DNA from: Candidatus Falkowbacteria bacterium CG02_land_8_20_14_3_00_36_14
GTDB taxonomy: Bacteria; Patescibacteriota; Patescibacteriia; Patescibacteriales; UM-FILTER-36-11
Length of the DNA: 47,034 nt
Assembly (NCBI GenBank): GCA_002781265.1
Contig: PETS01000105.1
Span: forward strand, 1-47,034
Reading direction: 5' to 3'
Made by a program: the position numbers and the translations under genes. The stretch's first letter is position 1. Every line of letters starts with the position of its first letter. The notes under the pieces are model-generated. The model saw only the letters and a program-made list of their open reading frames with translations. It ran no database searches and had not been told where the DNA came from. This document shows, piece after piece, positions 38,008-46,826 of this stretch.

Positions 38008-38194
38008 TGTCATTCCCGCGCAGGCGGGAATCTAACGTTGGAAAATATAAAAATTAAGATAATAATAACTAATTAAAAATAAATTTAAAAAGAGAATTTT
38101 CAATAGAGCGAATTTTTGTTGACATGTTTTGAGCTATTACCAGCGTATGGATTCCCTGTCTGCCGACAGGCAGGCCGCCTGCGCGGGAATGACA
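38008..38194. repeat. dRS3/REP-like paired palindromic element with a nested 20-bp palindrome
   Basis: Left arm TGTCATTCCCGCGCAGGCGGGAATC; right arm GGATTC[CCTGTCTGCCGACAGGCAGG]CCGCCTGCGCGGGAATGACA. Confidence 0.85.
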
Positions 38195-38238
38195 AAAAGA
38201 GAGTTTTATAATCTAAAATAATTACTAATCACAAAAAA

Positions 38239-38571
38239 ATGAACATAAATATAAAAGCGACAAAAATTAAATTAACTCCCGAGGTTAAAGGGTATATTCA
38301 GGAAAAAATGGATATGGTAGAAAAATATTTAGGAGGAATTACTCCTATTAATGCTGATTTTGAGGTGGAAATGACCACTCATCATCATAATAAAGGGGAA
38401 ATATACCGCGCGGAAGTTAATTTATTATTGCCCGGGCAGCTTCTGTGCCTAACCAAAACGGAAAAAGAATTATTAAAAGCCATTGATAAAGTCAAGGACC
38501 ATTTGGAAATAATGATTAAAAAATACAAGGAAAAAAGGATTGACAAAAAACGGAAAGGGCGGGCAAATTAA
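38239..38571 (+). CDS. raiA: Ribosome hibernation factor (short HPF/RaiA)
   Basis: MNINIKATKIKLT, AEVNL..PG, AIDKVKD, KKYKEK; lies upstream of secA. Confidence 0.88.
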   Translation: MNINIKATKIKLTPEVKGYIQEKMDMVEKYLGGITPINADFEVEMTTHHHNKGEIYRAEVNLLLPGQLLCLTKTEKELLKAIDKVKDHLEIMIKKYKEKRIDKKRKGRAN

Positions 38572-38589
38572 TTTTTTAAAGAAAACGTT

Positions 38590-38931
38590 ATGAAAATTAT
38601 AAAGGATAAAATTTTAATTGAAGAACTGAAAGAGATGTCAGCCAAAATGTTCGGCAATTTAGTAAAAGCGGTTGTTGATGTTGAAAAGAAAATAATGGCA
38701 ATTGACGGCGAGCTTCACGCAGATGAAGAGGCGTTGCTTTTGGAAAATAGTTCGGAGCAGAAAAACCTTTGGGGTATCAACATTTATCCGGAACTATCCG
38801 GCGAAGATTTTATTGAATTTGATTCTATGATAAACTTGCGCCCGGCGCAAGGAAATAAAAGCAGAGGCGTGGATAATACGGAAATAAGGAATAATATTTT
38901 AGCAGTAGTTAATAAATTAATTGCAAGATAA
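38590..38931 (+). CDS. Conserved hypothetical protein (DUF5674-like)
   Basis: VKAVVD, GELHADEE, LWGINIYP, IEFDSMINLRP. Confidence 0.7.
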   Translation: MKIIKDKILIEELKEMSAKMFGNLVKAVVDVEKKIMAIDGELHADEEALLLENSSEQKNLWGINIYPELSGEDFIEFDSMINLRPAQGNKSRGVDNTEIRNNILAVVNKLIAR

Positions 38932-39257
38932 TGGAAATCCAACATAAACAATTGGCGCAGGGAAGTTGGAAGAAGCTGTCGTTGGTTGAACAAATGGCCA
39001 ATATTGGCAGTGAAGTGGAGCGGGCGATAAAGTGGAAAAATAAAAATAACGTTGAATATAAACAGCTGGCTTTTGACCGCGCTTTGGAACTTCTAGATTT
39101 AACTTTAGTGGATGATAAAAATAAAAAACGACTTAAGGAAATTACGCGCTTGCGGGAAGCGCTGGCTGATTATTTTGTTTTTAAAAATGAATACCACTCC
39201 ACTGATAAAGCCTGGCATAACTATTTTCACGCTTTTAATTACGCGGCCAGAATTTGA
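38931..39257 (+). CDS. Conserved helical hypothetical protein coupled to the upstream gene
   Basis: TAATG overlap; EQMANIGSEVERA...RALELLDLT...EITRLRE. Confidence 0.7.
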   Translation: MEIQHKQLAQGSWKKLSLVEQMANIGSEVERAIKWKNKNNVEYKQLAFDRALELLDLTLVDDKNKKRLKEITRLREALADYFVFKNEYHSTDKAWHNYFHAFNYAARI

Positions 39258-39377
39258 TTTATGTTTTTATATGGAAAATCAAAATTTTTTCAAAAATAAA
39301 TATAATTCGCGCGATACTTATAGAATACAGAAACTATCTCAAAAAAATAAATAGGAAAAGAACTTAGATTTTATTTT

Positions 39378-40580
39378 ATGCCGGAAAAATTTGATTTTCT
39401 TAAAATTAAAGATCAGAAAAAATTTGAAAAATTACCCCAAAAGGAGCGGGAGGAAATTATCGGCGAAGCGCAAGAGGAAGCGTCTTTAATAAATGAGATT
39501 GTTGGAGAAAATGGTAGTAAAGAAGATTATGAAATAATCACTAAATTAGCGGAAGAAGAAATTATTTCTAAAAAGGATATAGAAATTTTAAAAGAAAAAT
39601 ATAATAAAAAAATAGATGATATTTTAAATAGCCAATTAACCGTTGAAAATATTGAGACGTTTGCCGATAATGCTTTAACACAAATAACAAGTTTTGTTGA
39701 TGATGTTTTATCGCAATATCAAAAATATCACAATAATAAATTTGCGGTCATAGACCATGCGGAACAAGAGAATCAAGCGCTTGCATTTTTTGGATTGCCA
39801 GATATTCCAAATATTTTGCAATCTATTATTGAAGTAAAAGAAAAAATAGACAATCTTAAAGCATATATTGGTATAAATATAGCGAAAAATAATATAGTTA
39901 TTACTCCACCGGATAATAACAAAAAAATAAATGCGGGAGATGGGCAGGGAATAGAGCAAAAAAGAATGTTTCCGCGCTTTTTAACGCTTCTTTATATTCT
40001 TAAATACGATTTTGATATTTCGCCGAATGAAGCGCCCGCAATAATAGGAATTGTGACGCCTGACATGGTACGGCAAACAACGTATATGCGAATGGAAATA
40101 CCAGTTTTTAACCGCGTGGTTTATCTATGCGACGAAGAAGGAAATGTGAGTTATATTTTTGATGTGGCAAAAATAGAAGAACAAAATCTTACTCTTAATG
40201 AAATAGATATTTACACAAAAATACAAAAAAATCTTCTAATATCTCGCCACCCCGGCATTGGCATTAGAATAAAGCAAACGAATATATGGAGAAACAACAT
40301 AACTTCCGCATTAAGAGAACCGATTTCTGAGGCAAGTTTATTAAAAAACGCAAGACAAATATCCGAATTTAGACGAGGAAAAGGCGAATTTCTTTCTTTT
40401 GAAGAATTTCAGCGTGAAGTAATAAGTTTATATTCCGGAGAAAAAGATGTCCGAAAGTGGTATTGTCAGGAACGGAGGAATCATCCTAATTGGCCAGCAG
40501 ATCCTTATAAAAAATATAAAGACAAAGGATGGGAAGGATGGTCAGAGCTTGTGGGAAAAAATAGATTTAAAAAAATTTAA
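39378..40580 (+). CDS. Hypothetical protein with a C-terminal phage-integrase-repeat-like unit
   Basis: 400-aa ORF ending in FLSFEEF...WY.....NWPADPYKKYKDKGWEGWSELVG. Confidence 0.7.
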   Translation: MPEKFDFLKIKDQKKFEKLPQKEREEIIGEAQEEASLINEIVGENGSKEDYEIITKLAEEEIISKKDIEILKEKYNKKIDDILNSQLTVENIETFADNALTQITSFVDDVLSQYQKYHNNKFAVIDHAEQENQALAFFGLPDIPNILQSIIEVKEKIDNLKAYIGINIAKNNIVITPPDNNKKINAGDGQGIEQKRMFPRFLTLLYILKYDFDISPNEAPAIIGIVTPDMVRQTTYMRMEIPVFNRVVYLCDEEGNVSYIFDVAKIEEQNLTLNEIDIYTKIQKNLLISRHPGIGIRIKQTNIWRNNITSALREPISEASLLKNARQISEFRRGKGEFLSFEEFQREVISLYSGEKDVRKWYCQERRNHPNWPADPYKKYKDKGWEGWSELVGKNRFKKI

Positions 40581-40696
40581 AAAATAGAACTGGTAATATA
40601 CAAAATGAATGAAAAACCATGAAATTTACAACTTTTTTTCCTGTGGATTACTAAAAATAGCTTTGTATCCAATATGTGCTGGACTAATACAAAAAT

Positions 40697-40725
40697 TTGA
40701 TTTATTAAGAGTTTAATTATATAAT
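40697..40725 (+). promoter_or_regulatory. Sigma70-like promoter for secA
   Basis: TTGATT(40697)-N17-TATAAT(40720); small hairpin AAATATCC-TTTTG-GGATATTT in the leader. Confidence 0.65.
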
Positions 40726-40788
40726 AATTTTATATATAAGTTATTTTAAATATCCTTTTGGGATATTTTTTTAAAATACATTATCTAT

Positions 40789-43701
40789 ATGAGCATAATT
40801 ACGAAAATATTCGGTGATCCGAATGAAAAATATATAAAAACTCTGCGTCCGCTGGTTGATAAAATTAATAGCTGGGAAGATAGGTTTAAGGCAATGAGCG
40901 ATGAGGAATTAAAAGGGATGACCGCGGAGTTCAGAAAAAGATTAGGTATGGAGGGGGAGGGGACAAAACACCATAACCTGGATGAAGAATTAAAAAAGAT
41001 TTTACCGGAAGCATTTGCGGTTGTGCGGGAAGCATCCAGGCGAACGCTGGGGCAAAGGCATTATGATGTCCAGTTAATTGGAGGCATAGCGCTTCATCAA
41101 GGTCAAATTGCGGAAATGAGAACTGGAGAAGGAAAAACTCTTGTAGCGACTTTGCCTTTATATTTAAACGCCCTGGCCGGCCGAGGCGCGCATTTGGTTA
41201 CGGTCAATGATTATTTATCCCGCATCGGCGCCGGCTGGATGGCCCCGGTTTATCATCTTTTAGGACTTTCTGTCGGCGTAATAATTCATGACAGCGCTTT
41301 TATTTATGATAAAGAATATACGGATGATTCGCAATTTGACGAGCGGTTAAAGCATTTTCGGCCGATAGCCAGAAAGGACGCCTATGCCCGCGATATTTTA
41401 TACGGCACTAATAACGAATTCGGCTTTGATTATCTGCGCGACAATATGGCGCCTGATTTAAACGCCATGGTGCAAAGAGGATTGCATTATGCCATTGTGG
41501 ATGAAATAGATTCTATTTTAATTGATGAAGCTAGAACTCCTTTAATTATCAGCGCGGCGGCCGAGGAGTCAACCGAAAAATATTTTAAATTTGCCCAATT
41601 AGTGGAACGTTTGCAAGAAAATGTTATATCAGAAAATTCTCTTCAATCAAATGAAAAGCAGGCCGGACAAGGCGATTATAATGTTGATGAAAAGATGCGG
41701 GTCGCTACTTTGACTGAAGTCGGCATTGCTAAGATGGAAAAATGGCTGGGAGTTGATAATATTTATACGGCCGGCGGAGTGCGCGAGGCGCATCATATTG
41801 AACAGGCCCTAAAAGCGCGGGTATTATTCAAGCGCGACCGCGATTATGTAATTAAGGATGGTCAGGTTATCATTGTGGATGAATTTACCGGACGCTTAAT
41901 GCACGGCCGCCGCTACTCAGAAGGACTGCATCAAGCCATTGAAGCTAAGGAAGGCGTAAAAGTACAGAGGGAATCACAAACTTTAGCAACTATTACTTTT
42001 CAAAATTATTTTAGAATTTATAAAAAACTAGCCGGCATGACCGGAACAGCCGCTACTGAAGCGGAAGAATTTTCCAAGATATATAATCTGGAAACAGTAG
42101 TTATCCCCACGCATAAGCCGATGGTGAGAAAAGATTTAAATGATTTGATTTATCGCACTGAAGAAGGAAAATTTAAAGCAGTGATAGAAGACGTAAAGAG
42201 CCGCCACCGGAAAGGCCAGCCGGTGTTAGTCGGCACCATTTCTATTGAAAAAAATGAAATTTTATCGGCCATGATGGAGCGGGAAGGGTTAAGGCCGCAG
42301 GTTTTAAATGCTAAAAATCATTTAAAAGAAGCGCAGATTATTACGCAAGCAGGCAAAATCGGCAGTATTACCATTGCCACCAATATGGCCGGCCGGGGAG
42401 TTGATATAATGCTTGGCGGCAATAAACCGTCTGAAAAAAGCGCTGAATATAAACAGTGGCTGGAAGAGCATAATAGAGTAAAAGAATTGGGCGGTTTGCA
42501 CGTAATCGGCACAGAAAGGCATGAGTCCAGGCGGATTGACAATCAACTGCGGGGACGGTCCGGACGCCAAGGAGACCAAGGATCTTCCCAGTTTTATGTT
42601 TCCACTGAAGATGATTTAATGCGCATATTCGGCGGCGATAGGATGAAATCGCTAATGGCGACTTTGAAGATGCCGGAAGATATGCCGATTGAAAATAAAA
42701 TAATATCCAAATCAATAGAATCGGCCCAAAAGAAAGTTGAAGGCAATAATTTTGATATCAGAAAGCATTTAGTTGAATACGACGATGTTTTAAACAAGCA
42801 CCGGGATGCGATATACAAAAAACGCCGGCAAATACTCAAGATAGCTGGCGGAGAAAATTATAAATTCGAAATTATAAATCCGAAACAAATTCAAAATTCA
42901 AAATTCAAAATTCAAAATTCTTTGTCTGATATTATTATAAGGATGGTGGAAGCGGAAATTGAACAGGTAGTCAGCTTCCATACGGTTGCCGAAAAAATTA
43001 ATGATTGGGATTTGAATGAAATTAAGCAGGTAATGTCCACTATTTTTCCCATTGAAGAAAGTTTGGACAAAAGCTTAAAAGGCTTTGTGTCAGAACCTGA
43101 TAAACTAGATAAAGTAAAGGCCAGAACCGCTATTATTGAATATTTAGCGGATTTAGCTAAAAAATCTTATAAAAATTTGGCAAAAAAAGCGGAAGCAGGA
43201 GGGATAAATTGGGCAGAAATTGCCAAGGCTATATTAATCCGCTCCATTGATACTCTTTGGGTAGAGCATTTAGAGGCGATGACGGTAATGCGCCAAGGCA
43301 TAGGTCTGCGCGGTTATGGCCAGCGCGATCCCTTGGTTGAATATAAAAAAGAAGCTTACGGTCTCTATAATGAGCTGAATAATTTAATCAACAAAGAGGT
43401 TGTTTATAGCATTTATAAAGTCGGGCAAATACGCGAGTTCATAGCTCCGAATATAGCGGATAGAGCCAAAGATTTCATCGCGCCGGCTAAAACCATGGAA
43501 AAGGGCAGCGGCTCTTTCAGCGGTTTTAAACAAGCATTGTCAGGGAATGAATCAGGAACACTAGGACAGAAAAAAGAAACTAATGAAAGAATGGATTTAG
43601 TCCATGAAAAAGTTAAAGACGCCAGCGGCAAAAAAGTCGGCCGCAACGATCCCTGTCCCTGCGGCAGCGGGAAAAAGTTTAAAAAGTGCCATGGAGGATA
43701 G
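40789..43701 (+). CDS. secA: Preprotein translocase ATPase SecA
   Basis: [45 protein letters not shown]-terminal [19 protein letters not shown]. Confidence 0.98.
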   Translation: MSIITKIFGDPNEKYIKTLRPLVDKINSWEDRFKAMSDEELKGMTAEFRKRLGMEGEGTKHHNLDEELKKILPEAFAVVREASRRTLGQRHYDVQLIGGIALHQGQIAEMRTGEGKTLVATLPLYLNALAGRGAHLVTVNDYLSRIGAGWMAPVYHLLGLSVGVIIHDSAFIYDKEYTDDSQFDERLKHFRPIARKDAYARDILYGTNNEFGFDYLRDNMAPDLNAMVQRGLHYAIVDEIDSILIDEARTPLIISAAAEESTEKYFKFAQLVERLQENVISENSLQSNEKQAGQGDYNVDEKMRVATLTEVGIAKMEKWLGVDNIYTAGGVREAHHIEQALKARVLFKRDRDYVIKDGQVIIVDEFTGRLMHGRRYSEGLHQAIEAKEGVKVQRESQTLATITFQNYFRIYKKLAGMTGTAATEAEEFSKIYNLETVVIPTHKPMVRKDLNDLIYRTEEGKFKAVIEDVKSRHRKGQPVLVGTISIEKNEILSAMMEREGLRPQVLNAKNHLKEAQIITQAGKIGSITIATNMAGRGVDIMLGGNKPSEKSAEYKQWLEEHNRVKELGGLHVIGTERHESRRIDNQLRGRSGRQGDQGSSQFYVSTEDDLMRIFGGDRMKSLMATLKMPEDMPIENKIISKSIESAQKKVEGNNFDIRKHLVEYDDVLNKHRDAIYKKRRQILKIAGGENYKFEIINPKQIQNSKFKIQNSLSDIIIRMVEAEIEQVVSFHTVAEKINDWDLNEIKQVMSTIFPIEESLDKSLKGFVSEPDKLDKVKARTAIIEYLADLAKKSYKNLAKKAEAGGINWAEIAKAILIRSIDTLWVEHLEAMTVMRQGIGLRGYGQRDPLVEYKKEAYGLYNELNNLINKEVVYSIYKVGQIREFIAPNIADRAKDFIAPAKTMEKGSGSFSGFKQALSGNESGTLGQKKETNERMDLVHEKVKDASGKKVGRNDPCPCGSGKKFKKCHGG
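42855..42921 (+). repeat. Heptamer (AAATTCA-like) tandem array within secA
   Basis: AAATTAT AAATTCG AAATTAT AAATCCG AAAC (AAATTCA)x4 AAATTCT. Confidence 0.85.
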
Positions 43702-43735
43702 AATTAAGAATTTAGAAATAAGAAATTAGAATATA
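43701..43735 (+). repeat. Degenerate heptamer array after the secA stop
   Basis: GAATTAA GAATTTA GAAATAA GAAATTA GAATATA. Confidence 0.7.
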
Positions 43736-43741
43736 AATTTT

Positions 43742-44242
43742 ATGTCTAAAAAATGCATATTATTTTCCGGCGCGGTTGGCTGTTCAAAAACTCCGACAGC
43801 TACATATTTAAGCCAGCAGTTTGATTTGCCGATTTTAAGCAATGATTCCATTCGCACTGAAATATTGGAAGATTTCGGCAAGCCAAACGAAAATGAATAC
43901 ATGAAACGCAGAGATAGTCGGTTGAATATGATTTTAGGCAGCGGCAAATCATTTATATTAGACGTCAGTATAGACAGGGAATATGAAAGAATAATGAAAT
44001 TATTAAAAAAATATAAATATCGACATATAATTATTAGTTTTGATTTGAGTAAAAAATTATTAATAAAGCTTTATAAAATCAAAGGGTATAAAGAATCCCT
44101 AAAAAGAGTTGACAGTTTAATATTAGATCATGGGAATTTTATTAAAAAATATAATAAAGTTGTCAATTTACATATTAATGACGATAATTTTACTGATCGG
44201 TTAAATATTTCTTTTAACAAAGTAAAAAGTTTTATAAAGTAA
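43742..44242 (+). CDS. P-loop kinase-like (AAA_33-type) protein
   Basis: ILFSGAVGCSKT variant Walker A, LSNDSIR, FILD. Confidence 0.7.
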   Translation: MSKKCILFSGAVGCSKTPTATYLSQQFDLPILSNDSIRTEILEDFGKPNENEYMKRRDSRLNMILGSGKSFILDVSIDREYERIMKLLKKYKYRHIIISFDLSKKLLIKLYKIKGYKESLKRVDSLILDHGNFIKKYNKVVNLHINDDNFTDRLNISFNKVKSFIK

Positions 44243-44325
44243 ATTCATTCTTTTAGTAAATTTTAGCGTAAGATTTTTTATTTTAAAACCACACCGCCTT
44301 GCAATTTTGTTTTATTTATTTTTTT

Positions 44326-44445
44326 ATGCCTGATAATATTTTACAAAAATTATTTCAGCCCAGCGGACGCGGTAAAGTCTGGTGGCTTTTTGCTTTTATA
44401 ATTTTATTGGTTATAATCAGCGGAATTATTGATGCCGGCAACTAA
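44326..44445 (+). pseudogene. Truncated N-terminal fragment of a membrane protein, possibly SecD
   Basis: MPDNILQKLFQPSGRGKVWWLFAFIILLVIISGIIDAGN*, one TM, ending at the IS110 fragment junction; SecD resemblance is from memory and unverified. Confidence 0.4.
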
Positions 44446-44615
44446 TCGCCGAAAATTATTTCCTGTATCGGCAAATTCCATTTTCAACAATTTATGCCCG
44501 AAACAGTTGGTCGCCACCGTCGTGTGTTTGTCTTTGTGTATGTCCACGCCAACATACAGGAACTGATTTGGATTCGGCCGCCAGCTCCGCCGGGCCATTT
44601 TGAAATATTGTCCAT
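44446..44615 (-). mobile_element. IS110-family transposase/recombinase N-terminal remnant
   Basis: LYVGVDIHKDKHTTVATNCFG...F...NNF..L matches the first strand of the DEDD RuvC-like domain; remainder absent. Confidence 0.75.
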
Positions 44616-44825
44616 ATGTTTTTCCTTAATTTACCAATTAAACACCAGTATCATAGCCTTACCCGCCTTTGGGCGGGCGGCAATATTCTATTGGTTCATT
44701 TTAGTGAAAGCATGAGGCAAATTACTATACCCTTCAAGCCTTAAATGGCAGGTCCGGGTAAACTATTGTTTGCCTTCTGCTTTCACAATATCATGGAGCA
44801 ATATTTTATTTAATTCTCTCATACT

Positions 44826-44938
44826 GGGGTTGGGGGCAAACCTGCCTGCTGGCAGGCAGGGAATTCCCGCCTCGCTCTCGTTTCTTGCCCCGTAGCATCC
44901 CGCGAAAGCGGGATTTGCTTCTGGGGTTCCGCCGCCGA
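44826..44938. repeat. GC-rich cluster of nested palindromes
   Basis: CCTGCCTGCTGGCAGGCAGG at 44841-44860; CCCCGTAGC-ATCCCGC-GAAA-GCGGGAT-TTGCTTCTGGGG at 44888-44926. Confidence 0.7.
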
Positions 44939-44952
44939 ATTTCGTTAAAAAT

Positions 44953-45897
44953 TTATTTACCAAACGAGCCAAAGCAAATATTTACCGTTATAAATAATAT
45001 ATAACCTGCCAATAAAATCGCACCCTCGCGCCGATCCATCTTTTTACCGCTATGATAAAAATATGTAAACAATATCAATATAATTCCCAAAAACAAAGCC
45101 ACTATCCAAAATGCCGAATTAGTATCAAAGATAATTGGGCGGATAAGAGCCAAGATTCCCAAAACTAAAACATTGGTAAAAGACGAACTCAACAGGTGGC
45201 TTAAAGAAAGCTCGGATGATTTTTTGCGCCTCGAAGTAATAGCAATGCTTATTTCCGGCAAGTTTGTGCCAATTGAAAAAACAACAAGCCCGATTACCAA
45301 TTGACTAATCTGAATATAATTTAGTAAATCCAAGGTTATCGCTACAATCCAATGCGAAGCAATAAGGATCCCTATAATCCCGACAACAACCAAAATAATT
45401 GACTTGCTGACTCGATTGCTATCGGTTATTTCTATGTGTTTATGATCGCCAAAATGGTTTAAACGGTATAAATAAAAAATAAGACCGGCATATAAACCAA
45501 TCATCGCCAATCCGTCAAAAAAACCATACCTGCCATCAACTCCGAGCAGGACAGGAGAAAAAATAACCAAAACTGTTGGAATCAAAGATGCCAAGCGCCC
45601 GTCAGTGACAATCTTTCTGTTAAGAAGCAAGCTCGCACCCAAAATAAGGCCAAGCATAACAATTATACCGCCAAGTAAATTGCCTACCGATAGAGCCGTA
45701 GCGTTATCTATTGTCGCATTAATACCCAAGGAAAGTTCGGGCAGACTAGTGATGAGGCCGAGTAAAATCCCAAAAACAAACAAACGAATTTTTAAGACAG
45801 CGCCTAAATACTTAATATTTTTTACGGCAAAATTAGCCGACCAACCGAGTGCAATAAACAAAAATAAAAGTGTTAGTAAATCAAGCAACATAGGCAT
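44953..45897 (-). CDS. Sodium/calcium exchanger family (CaCA, YrbG-like) antiporter
   Basis: Alpha repeats TSLPEL...GNLLG and GTNLPEI; about 10 TMs. Confidence 0.88.
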   Translation of the reverse strand: MPMLLDLLTLLFLFIALGWSANFAVKNIKYLGAVLKIRLFVFGILLGLITSLPELSLGINATIDNATALSVGNLLGGIIVMLGLILGASLLLNRKIVTDGRLASLIPTVLVIFSPVLLGVDGRYGFFDGLAMIGLYAGLIFYLYRLNHFGDHKHIEITDSNRVSKSIILVVVGIIGILIASHWIVAITLDLLNYIQISQLVIGLVVFSIGTNLPEISIAITSRRKKSSELSLSHLLSSSFTNVLVLGILALIRPIIFDTNSAFWIVALFLGIILILFTYFYHSGKKMDRREGAILLAGYILFITVNICFGSFGK

Positions 45898-45899
45898 AA

Positions 45900-46118
45900 T
45901 TATAATTTTTCAATCTCTTTCAGATCTTTGTCCGGTAAATATAAAATAATAAGACCAATAATAATACCGTCCAAAGCAGTTCATGCGTGGCTCCCTCCAA
46001 AAATCCATTTGTCCAATCCATCCAGCACATACCAAATTCCGCGCCAAATAAGTACCAGACCGATAACGATGGAGATGTTTTTCGCAAGATATTGCAATGT
46101 GATTTTTGGTTTTAACAT
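45900..46118 (-). pseudogene. Small two-TM membrane protein with an internal TGA
   Basis: MLKPKITLQYLAKNISIVIGLVLIWRGIWYVLDGLDKWIFGGSHA*TALDGIIIGLIILYLPDKDLKEIEKL*; TGA at 45983-45981; ends 2 nt before the antiporter start. Confidence 0.65.
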
Positions 46119-46162
46119 ATTTGATAAGTTAAATAATAAATTATTCTGGCGTCGCTTTAAAA

Positions 46163-46515
46163 TTATTTCTCTACTATTCTAAATTTACCTGATTTTACTA
46201 ATTTAATACTGTTGTAATTTTTTGGATCGCTAAACTCAAATTGCCAAATAGAATAAACATCTTTACCGCGCTCTTTGTCAAAAAATAAAATCACCACTTT
46301 CTTTTTTATTTTTTCCTGCCATTGTCTAAAAGGATAATAGAGCTGGCGAATAATAACATTTGTCGCGCTAAAACTTTTTGCTTCAATCAACACAACTTGA
46401 TTTTTACCTTCATATCCCGCGTCTACTTCTGTTTGCACGCTTGATACTTTAATCAATTGCTTGTCAACGAAAAATTCGAAATCAGGAGTATATTTTTTGC
46501 CTCTTATTGTTAATA
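46163..46515 (-). pseudogene. C-terminal fragment of a PD-(D/E)XK type II restriction endonuclease-like gene
   Basis: LTIRGKKYTPDFEF...VQTEVDAGYE...LIEAK...IRQLYYPFRQW; in-frame stop just upstream and no plausible N-terminus. Confidence 0.65.
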
Positions 46516-46625
46516 AGATTGTTTTTAAAAAGACTTTGCAGATTTATTTCTAAATCTAAATCTTTTGTTATGAGTTTTTTGACTATTTGATTTTGAATTT
46601 TAAATAAAGCCATAGTATTTGTATT

Positions 46626-46826
46626 TTATTTAAACAATTCCGCCACCGGCATGACGAGGGCTTTGGCTATTTTTTCTAATGTGTCCACGGTAGGATTCGG
46701 GCTTTCGCCGGTTTCTATCTTTACCACGGTATTTAAAGCCAAATCAGCGTCTTTTGAGAGGCGATCTTGGGAGATTCCTTTTTTAATTCGCAATTTGCGG
46801 ATATTTTCACTGACTGAATTTGCCAT
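46626..46826 (-). CDS. XRE-family HTH regulator (controller-protein-like)
   Basis: NIRKLRIKKGISQDRLS...TVVKIETG..PNPTVDTLEKIAKAL. Confidence 0.88.
   Translation of the reverse strand: MANSVSENIRKLRIKKGISQDRLSKDADLALNTVVKIETGESPNPTVDTLEKIAKALVMPVAELFK

Noticed and set aside
42855..43735. CRISPR array
   Set aside because: Repeats are 7-bp tandem units without unique spacers; no cas genes in the window
44763..44972. 69-aa minus-strand ORF (…IPCLPAGR…)
   Set aside because: It is a translation of the GC-rich palindrome cluster and overlaps the antiporter end
45981..45983. TGA recoding (genetic code 25/4 or selenocysteine)
   Set aside because: TGA terminates well-defined genes at 6485, 8571, 28535 and 39257; no other gene needs read-through
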